From NCBI RefSeq assembly GCF_038025025.1, contig NW_027117341.1, positions 744,001 to 808,000 of the forward strand: a stretch of 64,000 nt of DNA, written 5' to 3'. The stretch is from Phyllosticta citribraziliensis. Lineage: Eukaryota. The translations under genes and the position numbers were made by a program. The notes under the pieces are model-generated. The model saw nothing but the letters and a program-made list of their open reading frames with translations, was not told the origin of the DNA and did not search any database. Positions within the stretch are counted from its first letter, which is position 1, and every line of letters starts with the position of its first letter. Positions 25,106 to 35,978 of the stretch are shown piece by piece.

Positions 25106-27427
25106 ATGCGCAAACCAGAGTCCATGGTCAATCCGGCCTGGCTCAAGAAGATTGACAAGCTCCACCTATACAACATTGGACATTACATCGACCTGCCGCA
25201 AATTGTCGTCGTTGGCGATCAGTCCAGCGGCAAGAGTTCAGTCCTTGAGAGCCTCACTGACCTGCCCTTCCCAAAGGATTCTGGCCTTTGCACGCGCTTC
25301 GCAACCCAGATCACCTTCCGTCGCGATGCCGGTCACGATGCAACAAAGTCCATCTCGGTTGAGATCATTCCGGGCAAGGATGCCGATGAAGATCATGCCA
25401 AAAAGCTGAGAGCGTGGTCAAAGCAGAGTATCACGAAACTTGACCAGGACACGTTCGCCCAGGTCATGGTGGAGGGATGCTCCCCAACCTCACTCACATC
25501 AACCCAATGACTAACACTCAAGCAGGTTCAAGAGGTGATGGGTCTTGCAACTGCCATCGACGGACAGTCTGACGGCGAGGCAAAAATCTTCACCAACGAT
25601 GTCTTGAGCATTCACGTCAGCGGCCCCGATGAAGAGCATTTCAGCGTCATTGACGTTCCCGGTATCTTCAAGAACCCTCAGCCTCCCGTCACGGAGTCTG
25701 ACATGCGCCTGGTCGAGCATATGGTCATGGGATACATGAAGAACCGGCGCTCGGTTCTGTTGACCGTCATTCCCTCCAATGTTGACATCGCTACGCAGTC
25801 AATTCTCCAGTCAGCTAAGAAGGTCGACCCGGACGGACAAAGGACATTGGGTGTGCTCACAAAGCCTGACTTGGTGGATAAGGGAGCCGAGAAGTCCGTG
25901 ATGGAGCTGCTCGAAGGTCGCAAGCACCCGCTTCGCCTCGGCTGGTCCATTCTGAAGAATCCGGGACAAGCTCAGGCGCAAGAGCCTTCTCACATTCGCA
26001 GAAAGCTGGAGAAGGAGTTCTTCACCACCGCGTCCCCTTGGAACACGTTGCCGAAAGACAAGGTCGGCATGGAGCCTCTGCGCAGACGTCTCGGGGAGAT
26101 TCTGGGCGCTCATATCAATAGGGAATTTCCCAGGGTTCGTCTTCACCAAAACATACTAGGTTCACGCTAATATGAGCCCGAAGGTCAAAGCAGAGATCAG
26201 CAAGAGTTTGGCTGAACGTCGCGCTTTGCTGTCGAACTTGGGTCCAAGCAGGGCCACTACCAATGAGCAGCGTGCATTTCTCATCAGCATTGCGACCAAG
26301 TTTCAAAACCTAGTGAGCGCTGCTATCAATGCAAACTACTCGGGAGACAACTTATTCAACGAGCATCCGGAGCTCAAAATTGCGACATGGGTTCGAAACC
26401 GCAACGAAGCTCTGTCGAAGGACTTCGCAGCCCGTGGTCACAAATTTCAATTCAACGACGACAAGGAACAAGAGGCGAAGGGAAAACCTGGCGAGGAGCC
26501 CAAGGACGAGGCGAGCAAAGACGAATCGAAGCCCCTCAACCCTCGGACTGTCGAGACTCCCGAAGATCTGGAAGGTTTCATTCACGGCTACGAGCCCATC
26601 CCAGAGCCGAAACGCGGCAAAGTGACCGAGTGGATCACGAAAATCTACACGAACTCGCGCGGATTTGAGCTGGGAACCTTCAATTCTACTCTCTTGTCCA
26701 CGCTGATGCAGGTCCAAACGGAAAATTGGGAAGCGCTGTGCCTCGGCTACATCAGCGACATCGTCGCCTTGGCCCACAAATTCTTTGACACTCTACTGAA
26801 AGTCATTTGCCCAGACGAACAACTCCGCAGCAACATCAAAATTGTACTGATGGACAACATTCTTTCGCGTTACAAGCTCGCCTTGGCTCAGGTCGACTTC
26901 GTTCTACAATGCGAACGCTATGGCAACCCAGTCACGGTCAACAAGTACTTCAACTCATCCATGGAGCGAATGTAAGCCTGTTGACCGTCCTCTACAAGAA
27001 ATTCTGCTGACCATGATACTCCAGTCGCCAAGAGAGAACGAAGAAGGAGCTTGCCGACAAGTCCTTCAGTTTTCGCAATGACGGTACACTCCATGACCGT
27101 CAGGTCATTGGTCTGGACCAGATAATCCAGGCACGCTCAATGACTAACACTGAGCACGTGGTTCAAGAGCTGCAAGACATTCTCAGCTCCTACTACAAGG
27201 TCGCCAGCCAGCGTGTGGTCGACACCATCTGCATGCAGGCAGCTAGTTTCTACCTGATCTCGGGCCCGGACACTCCACTCTCCTTGTTCTCGCCGAGCTG
27301 GGTCGGTGCGCTCACGGACGATCAGTTGGATGACATCGCTGGCGAGGACCCGTCGGCGAAGGACAGGCGCCTGCAGCTACAGAAGGAATGCGACGAGCTG
27401 GAGATGGGAAAGAAGATTCTATACTGA
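25106..27427 (+). CDS. Dynamin-family (Mx/Vps1-like) GTPase with C-terminal GED, 4 exons (25106-~25474, 25526-26134, 26184-26971, 27025-27427), ~722 aa
   Basis: G1 LPQIVVVGDQSSGKSS, G2 CTRFAT, G3 DVPG, G4 TKPD, GED-like end (LQDILSSYYKVASQRVVDTICMQA...IAGED). Introns 2 and 3 are canonical; the intron 1 donor is ambiguous (see findings). Confidence 0.92.
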
Positions 27428-29017
27428 GCTGCGACCTTTACGATGGTAGTTTTCAGCTCCCGTGTTCCCTATTTGGGACGCCGGACAAGCTACCCGCTGG
27501 ATCTCAGCGATAAAGGCATGCTACTGTGTGGAGGAAATGGAAGGTACCCATAGAGACAATGGAATTCCGTGTCTCACATTCTTCTCTGAACAATGCTTTG
27601 AAGTGACCCTTTGTTTTCAGGCACTTCCGGTTCTGCCTCCTAGCCCCGAGCCATCCCATCAGCTAGCCCAAGCCCCCTTGAAATCACGCTGCTTCTCTTG
27701 TTTGGCGACGGGCAAAGGCACCACAAGCCCAACAAGCCCGGGAGTTTCCCTTTTCCCCCGACCGCATGTCCACAAATCTTTGACCGCCCGAAAGCATGCA
27801 GCAAGTCGTGCTCCGTCTGCCGCAGCGCGCACCACTACCTTTCCTACTCATTGAAACGCAACGCTGACCTGTTTCACAGTAAATCAGTTTCCAGAAAGTA
27901 CGGCCACGCGGCGCGCCAAAGCCTCATCATTCTGCCCAAAGGTATCACGCGGCATTCTCGGGCCCTCCAACTTTCCCTCGCAGGCGGCGACCTCAGAGCG
28001 CGCGCATGCAAGCGCGCAAGCCTACACGCATCTTCGAGCGCCACATTCTGGACAGCGGCGGTAGAGCGAGGGATGAAGGACACAACGGGCCGCTGGCAGG
28101 CGACGATGCAGCACTTCTAGGCGTTTCGCGGCAAAGCAGGAGGGAGGAGACGCAGCAGGGCAGCGCGCCGTGTGCGAGAGGCGAGGAGTTTGGTAGCTGG
28201 AAACAACGCGAAGGAGTTGAGGTGGAGGCTACGGCGTTTGCGGAGGCAGGACGCTGCGTCGCGATTTGGTCACAAAGACTTGGAAGCGTGCTGGCTGCGC
28301 AGACATGCCGGCCAGCACAATCTTGGAACGCATCTGCGATTTTCAGTAGTACCGGAAGCGACGCGCTTCCTCCGCTTCAATCGTGAGCCGCAATGACAGT
28401 TCACAGCACGCAAACGCAGTGTAGAAAGCCGAACCTTGTATTGAAAAGAGTCGAGAGGGGTATACTGGTCTAGTCTAACGCCGGGGAATCCATCCAATTA
28501 ACCGGACCTCTTTTGGGAATGCACTGTGCTTGGAGTGGGGGATTGGGTGTTGGGGTATCATTGTACAGGAAGGGGAGATTGTGTTGTGTGTGTGGTGAGT
28601 CGAGTGGTGTCCTTTGCCAACGGACGAAGTATTGTACAGGAAGACTTTTTTTTTGGATTCGGATTTTTGCCGTTGCGGTCGTGAAGCATGTCGATCGTGT
28701 ATCTTCTTTTGGTGCTCGATGGTCGCCGGAGTCGAAATTGGACGTTGATTCCTCCGGGTGAGGCGTGCGGTGTGTCGAGTGTCTTTTTTGAAGTAACGTT
28801 GGACAGGAAGGTGAGGTTGAGTCTCTGCTCCTTCGATTGAGAAGCCCGCCCGCCGTTGATCTCGCTTCATGCCCTCGGTGATCGAAGACCGAATTTTACT
28901 CCGTCGGTTGAGTGGCAAGCCCGTCGAATGAACCAGTTGTCGCTCTCAATGCTCGATAGGCTCAAGGGCTTCGTTGGTGTTGCCAGTAGAGAGCGAAGAA
29001 TCCAGAGCCCGATTGCT

Positions 29018-30203
29018 CTATGGCTCATCCTCTGTGTCCTCTTCATTCCACTCCAAGTAGCCGGTCTGCAAGACCTGCTCCGGCGTCGGGCGCGTCTCAG
29101 GATTCGGATCAAGAAGCCAATCCAGGAAGCAGACATCATCTTCTCTCAAGCCCTTGATACGGAGGCGTTCCTTCCAATCGTGTTTGCAAGGCTTGAAAAT
29201 CTCGATGTATGGCATGTCGCAGTCATCGTAGTACTCGCAAGAGTCGATGTTGAAGTCGTCAACCATCTCGCATAGCCACCAATATTCGTCGCAAGCCCAG
29301 CGCCCGTCCCACCGGCGTCCATAGTCCTGAAAAATTCCGCCCATGTGCAAAGATTCGAGTCTGTTGCTAATCCAGGCCGCGCGTGACTCGAGCAGGTGAC
29401 AAAGGATGACTCCCCAGGCCCAGATGTGGGTTGGGTAGCTGAAAGCTTTGCCAAACAAGATTTCCGGAGCGACGAAGGGATTCATGTCAACCTCATCCGA
29501 TTCTCGCCATGTGAAAGGCTTATCAACTACAGAATATTAGTCTTGGTCAAGACACACAGTGTGAGAATCCATACGCTGGTCAATTGGACCGAATTTGGTG
29601 GTGAGCTCTGCAGGCCTCAATGAAGATGCTCCATCGTTTTGCAGGTAAATGTTTGCAGGAGTCATGTCTGTGTAATGGCGGTCAGTTGCGCAAGAGTAGA
29701 CGAATAATTCGAGCGTACATACCAGTGAAGATGAAGCCTTTCTGCTCAATGTGCTGAAGTCCAAGAAGAGTACTCTTCATGATTGACTTAATTTCCTGGC
29801 GGGTAAGCTTGCGATCGATGTAAACCTCTGACAATTGCGAGCCCAAATGCTCAAAGACCAGCCGAGGCGCATCATTTTCTGAGGTTGGCCGAATGGCATC
29901 AACTTGTTGCCAGATGAATTGAGAGCCCTTGAGCATGTTGGCGATTTTTATTTTTTCTTGAAACCCCTTCAGCTCTAGCGCCTGGTCTGACTCGGATGCC
30001 TCGGAACGGGGCTGGAAAATCGTGAATGAAGACTGTTTGTCGCGCGCATCTATTGCCCGACCCACTGACCAGACCGCAGGAGAGTGGTCGCAAATCAAGT
30101 ACGAACGGCCGCTTTCTCCGGTGAGTCGTGTTCCTTTTTCTGGGAGACACCAGGTGTGCATCGAGCGAACACGCAGACGCCGCGCCAGATGCGTCATCAA
30201 CAT
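29018..30203 (-). CDS. Protein-kinase-fold protein, probable pseudokinase, 3 exons (30203-29723, 29667-29575, 29526-29018), ~360 aa
   Basis: RLVFEHLG hinge, LLGLQHIEQKGFIFTDMTPANIYL catalytic-loop region, FVAPEILFG, IWAWGVIL, LLDPNPETRPT; GTATGT/GTATGG donors with CTGAC/CTAAT branch sites. Confidence 0.85.
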
Positions 30204-31270
30204 GGTGACGGTTTGTTGTGGCTGTTCAGACGAAAAATGATGGTTGGTGTTGGAGAGGCGGGCGATGGCGAGGGCGGGTTGACGTTGTGCGGTGGTTCCA
30301 GTTGGCGTTGGGTGCGGGCGCGGCGGCAATCAGCATTCGCCTAAAATGGATGCGCGGCAACGAATTGCCCAGGTGCAACCAAACCTGAGAATGGTAAGAA
30401 CTCTTTCTACTTGAGCTTAGCGGAAAACAAAATCGTTCATTGGTGTACTTCTTACGAGCCATTTGCCCATCACCGGCGACGACGAGGTTCAAGAATGGCT
30501 TATTCACTCCAAGGCAAGAAATAATTTGCCAACAAAGTACGAGATTCCCGGTCCAATACGTTTACTATGGGATATCAGCATTGGAATTCTCACTGGGAAG
30601 CCCTCGTCGCGGGATGCCGGATCGCCCAATCGCTGAATCTTTTATTTAAAACTGCATCAAGCCCCTGATACGCGTTTCTTGTCGGTAGTTTCATTGCTTC
30701 AGTTGCCCGCCTTCTACGTGTACCCTGTGTTGTCACGAGGTTTTTGTGCCTCGCAAAGTGCCTAACTCCGCCCGAGTAGGATTACCAGCGGCTGATATGA
30801 AACAGACATGTCCAATGACTTGGGGGTGAGACTTGTTGCTTCGATAGGAGCTGTTGGTCAGGGCGTGCTGGATTAGGATGCATGTTGGTAGACTTAATGT
30901 AGACGAATGATGATGGTAGTTCGACCAGTCTGTTGCATCTTCGGCCCTGTTTTACCACAAAAAGAGCCAGAAGGAGTAAATCTTGACTTTGAGACAGAGC
31001 CATGGGAAGCGCCAACCAACTTGGAGGGTGTGCAAGTTCCACCTCTCTGGAGGCAACCTCAGGTTTAACACAGCGAAGTGTTAACTGGGCGGCTATCAAA
31101 ACACAGTGCCTGCTGTATGGCAAGATGCAGTCACGCGCGGCACAGCTCCGTCGCCCACCGGCTTTACAAACAACACTTTCCTGGGCGACCACTCTACCCA
31201 ACATCCATCAACCTTGAATACCTTATCCTTGACATCCACTCTCCAAAACCCTCTCAGTACACCAACAAAT

Positions 31271-31973
31271 ATGTCAAAAGGTCGCATTCCTGGTAAGGCT
31301 TTTGAGTCCTTCGCCTCAGCGGCCGCTTCCAGGGCCAGGTCCCAGGTTAGTAACATTACGGCTTTGTCACTCACTGATACCACGAACAAAGCTGACCTGA
31401 TGCCAAGTCTCGCAATCGACGTGCAAATGAGGAGATTCCCGTTGCGGGCTCGAATCTGCTCTGGACGACCAAAGAGGGCGTCGAGGTCCGTTTCCAAAGC
31501 ACGGTTGGCGGTACCAAGCGTCCTTCGAGCCTCGCGCAGCAGGTTAAAGAGATGAAAGAGCGCATCAATGAGGAGGTCGAGAAGGAGGTTGCTGATGTCG
31601 AAAAGCACTACCCTGGCGACACCATGGACACCATCCTCTTCAGGTATGTTCGATTTCTTAATTGCAGTGGGTTGAGATCGCTAACTTACCACCAGTGCCG
31701 GATTGTCCCACAACTTCGAAGACAAGACCAAGCATCTCACGGGTGAATGCAAGCTCAAAAGCACCGGACAGAGCGCGGGAAGTATCCACGTGTGCGAGAC
31801 CCTCGAGGAGCAGGCTATCGTAAGCTTTCATCGATGCTTTTAATTACACTCTCCAAATCTAACGAACTCTCCGACAGAGCGACCGCACCAAGCCCAAGCG
31901 TTCCCTCTCCAAGTCTCGCTCTAGGTCCCGCTCCAAGTCACGCGCTGGCTCTCCGAGAAAACGATGGGATTGA
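31271..31973 (+). CDS. Orphan protein A, 4 exons (31271-31345, 31408-31643, 31696-31819, 31878-31973), ~176 aa, RS-rich tail
   Basis: Donors GTTAGT/GTATGT/GTAAGC and branch sites CTGAC/CTAAC/CTAAC. Spliced ORF is stop-free: MSKGRIPGK...NLLWTTKEGVEVRF...KHYPGDTMDTILFSAGLSHNFEDKTKHLTGECKLKSTGQSAGSIHVC...SKSRSRSRSKSRAGSPRKRWD*. Confidence 0.72.
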
Positions 31974-32557
31974 GAGAGCAACGAGTGCATCAAACACTCT
32001 CTGGTAATTTAGTCCTCACAATCTTCGCCAAGAATAGATAGTGCTAACTTCTACTACCGTCAGCAGAGCTACAGGAGCCCCGACCATTCATGAGATCACG
32101 GAATTCAACGATGCATGAGCAATTGGGTGGGGTCTGGGTATTCAGCAAGATCAAGGGAACCAGGTCGTCATGAGGGATCGGGGTATTGTACATTACTTGG
32201 ATTGAACATCAGGACCAACTGCCAGAAGGCAAAACAAGGTCTTCCGGGCTGTCAAGGGCAAATTTCTCTAGGAAAGTCGAAATGAGAACGAAAATCCACT
32301 CACACATCCCGAAAATGCGTAGGGAGCGCGACTCGTGGCGACGAGGTTGCTTTCTCCTATTCAGCACCTTGAAGAACCTCTGGCATACTTGTCTGGCACG
32401 CTGCTCTTGGGTGAAATGGATGAGGAGCGTTCATGGTCCGACGCATCGCGTTGACAAACCAAAAAGCCCCAGCAGCCAAGGAGCATTCGTGGTCCTGCGC
32501 ATCGCATTGATCCAGCTTCAGCAGCAACGAAGCCCCCAAAGACAATGAACCCAAACG

Positions 32558-33316
32558 ATGAGTTCTCAGGTTAGTATTCCACATTGAGGCAGGAAGATGA
32601 GCTGACTGTAACAAAGCAAGGCAGAGAAACGGCGAAGTGTTCCGACCCGTCTCCCTAGTGACAAATTTTCCGCGTCGAAATCCAACCGATGCCAACGTAC
32701 GCCATCCCCTGCGAAGCTGGGTGCCGACATCAAACCGAACACCGGTGGTGGCAGGGCCAGCTCTTCATCCAAGCAAACTGGGCGCCCCGACCAGATCAAC
32801 ACCCAATTTCTCTGGACTATGCCAGAGGGAATCAAAGTCGAGATGGACAAGAAACAATCAAAGTTCTCCTCACGCTCTCTCGTCATCCGCGAGGAAAACA
32901 TTCGTGAGTGCGGGAAGCGCTTCAACAATGAAACGCGCAGAAACATGGACATTGTCAAGGAGAAATTCCCGGGGAGGGAGATCGGCACAGTCGTTGCTGT
33001 GCAGACAAGAGCTTCTTCAGACGTGAGAGCATGTCCTGGAAGCGTTCTTGGCCAGCGCCAGCCAAACGCCAGCACCAAATGCTCGGCTCTGCTCGCGCCG
33101 CCTCCAGCAACTTCTGCCGCTCAAGTCGCCGCCTCGCCAGCGCGAGCAGAAGCCAAAGGACCACACCAAGCACAGTCCGACCTTCAAGACCCGCAAGTCC
33201 CGAGAAAGAGGGAGAAAGGAATTAGCTTGCGCTGGGGAAGCGGCGGCGAAATTCAACGCATCGAGGCGATGCGCAGGCAAAGTCGCCCTTTGGGATACAA
33301 TGGTGCTGACTTCTGA
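32558..33316 (+). CDS. Orphan protein B, paralog of A (exons 32558-32569, 32621-33316; 3' structure uncertain)
   Basis: MSSQ|GTTAGT...GCTGAC...AAG intron, then an open frame containing QFLWTMPEGIKVEM...KRFNNETRRNMDIVKEKFPGREIGTVV that aligns with protein A. Confidence 0.55.
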
Positions 33317-35978
33317 CGTGTTTCTTGGTAGGTTGCTACCCCAACATTGCAGGCAGGAAGCGCCACTACATCAGCGACCCGCTGTCTGGAATGCTTCGTG
33401 TGCTCTGCTGTTGTGTCGCGGCGGCATGCCCCAGGATGCTCCCGCCAGTCGGCCAGAGTCTTCGACGAAGTTCAGCGCAACGACAGACGTCAACGTTGTC
33501 TTCGTTTGTCCGGCCAAAGTGCCACGCATTGAGGGTATTTCGTCGCCACCATTTGGACCGAGGCCCAGACTTCACGCAAATGGGAAAGAAAGCAGCAGAA
33601 ACAGCAGTGAGAAAGGAAGAGAAAGCCAGAGAAGATGAAAGAAGTGACAGCGGTCAGCCGCACATGCTGCAGGAAAGCGGGAGAAAAATCAAAGATGGGA
33701 AGGCAAGAAGCAGCTAGGTCGTAGGAGGCTTCGAGACAGGAGGTACTCGATTTCTGAGAAGTGATGAAGACAAGGAACAGGCAACACAATAGGAGATTGG
33801 AAGGGAGGGGAGGGTTTATGGCCGTCCACCTACCTGCTCGCCAACTTACCATTTCACAGGCCCTCCAATCAACCGCGGCGTGTTACGGTTGCCCGACAAC
33901 GCCATGGGCATCGTATGCCCAGGCATCCAAGAGCAGACTCACCACAACTTCAGCCTCTTCCACAAAGATCAGCAGATGACCGACAAAAGAAACAAGAAGC
34001 AAGCCATCACCGCCGGCATCGCCATCGTCGACCATGCCACCATCCACCATCCACAGCACCGAGCAGACATGGACTGCTGCGCCAACGTCCGAATCCACCT
34101 CCCCTATCCCGTCCCCAACTTAGTCGAGCGTAGCACAGCCCTACACAACACCCCCTGAAGCAGCCAAGGCAAGCAAGACACGCCGCGCGCCACAGGGGGT
34201 CCAAGACAAGGCCGCACGTAGCGGGCTAGCGGCGACGGGTGTGGCGCCCGCCTTACCCATGTAACCGAATACGGCAGTTTCTGTTGCGCACGGTGGTTGG
34301 CTGATTGATTGACTGGCGGTCGGCTTACGGGTCTTGGAGGACGCCTGGATGGGCCGAAGAGGGCGGGCGATGGAGATCGATGACGATGGTGGGCAGAAAG
34401 TTGGCTGGGGTTTGCTGGGTGCGGTGCTAGATGGCTTGGTCTCTTGAGAGAAAGAACCGGAAGGGGGACACGGAGGGAGGGAGTGTGTTGAAGTCGAGCG
34501 ATACGACAAACCCTCCACCAACCAATCGACCCCCACGCACCAACGGCGGCGAGTACGACAAATGGTCGTCGAGCATCCGACCAACCACAGGCCGACCAGA
34601 TGACGAAACCTCGCCCGCGCCCACCCATGCCCAAGGTAAGTCCCGTCCGTCGGTTCGGCCAGTGCTATGACGAGCGCCGAGCAACAGCACCAGCGACCGC
34701 TTCAGTTTGACCATCTGGCCAAGGTAAAGAGGAGGAGAGGGGAATAAAACCAGCGGTGAGTTGTCGCTCGTACCAGTCAGTCTACGCCTACTCACCAACA
34801 TTGCTTTCATGACAATGTCATTGTTCGAAAACGAACAAAAATGCCAATCCACTGTTACTTCAGTGGCTGCAGACAGAGACGGTACGGCAGGGGAAGCAGG
34901 GCAGCCAACCAGCGCCGCCGTCAGGTCGCCCGTCGCTCAGCTCCCCGGCCGGCGGGCAACGAAAACGCCGCCAGCCGACCGTCCGCGACACCGAGACCGA
35001 CACAGCGCACGCACGCGAAACTGAGACTCTCTGACGACTGTGCCACCCACCGACTCGCGAGCGAACGAGACCCTAGGACCCTGGGCCCCACACAATTCTT
35101 TTTCGCACATGGTAGGTGCGCGCTTGCGCGCGCGCGCGCGACACGACACGGATGGACGGAGCAAGCGGCTTCCGACGAGCAGCGAGCGCCGCGCCAGAGT
35201 CAGGCCATGTCCTTTTTGCGTGCGGTGCGCGCGGTGCGTCGAGTCGGCAGTTGCGTTTGCTGTGTGTGTGCGCGCGGGCGGCGGTGATCGCCGCCGTCGG
35301 CTAAATAAAGTGCGGTGCGGTGGTTGCGTTGCGATGCGATGCTGCGCGCTGCCGTTTGGTGTAGCGTTGCAGTGGTGAGATGGAGATGGGGTGGTGCGAG
35401 GCAGGCACAAATGCACGAATTCTCGAGACGTGTAGTGGAAAGAATGAGAAAAACCGAGGAGTGTTCGGTGTTCAAAAAGACGCTTCTTGACGACGCTAAG
35501 TAAGAAGCTAGCGAGGGACGAATATCCAAGTAGGTAGGTATCGCGAAGCAGGCAACAATGTGTACGTATCGTATCTGCGTAGGCGCTCAGCGGCCAGTGT
35601 GTATAGCGAACGGCTCCAAATCAGAAAAGACGCAAACAGACAAAAAGCACGTCGGGTCCGTAGCATTGATAATTACAAGCCTTCATCAACTTATGATATA
35701 ACCGAGACAGACACACGAAGGGGAAAAAAGACAAAAAGGTTGTTGTCTGGGAACCTTCCGAAAACCGATCCCAATGCCATTGCCAATGCCGTCTCGTCTT
35801 TGGATTTTTTCTTTTGCCCTGCAACCGCGGCAGGGAAGGGGTATTAGTGTCATCTATGGTGGCGGCGGGAGAGAAGAGTGGATGATATTAGTAGGGAATT
35901 TTGACAGAAGCAGCGAATGCAAGCACTCGTCATGCCTCGGATGCGAAAGTGTATCGTCCCGGCTTTCTACGAGTTGAT

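Noticed and set aside
33761..33850. GTGATGA as a possible C box of a C/D snoRNA
   Set aside because: No CTGA D box or terminal stem at a suitable distance
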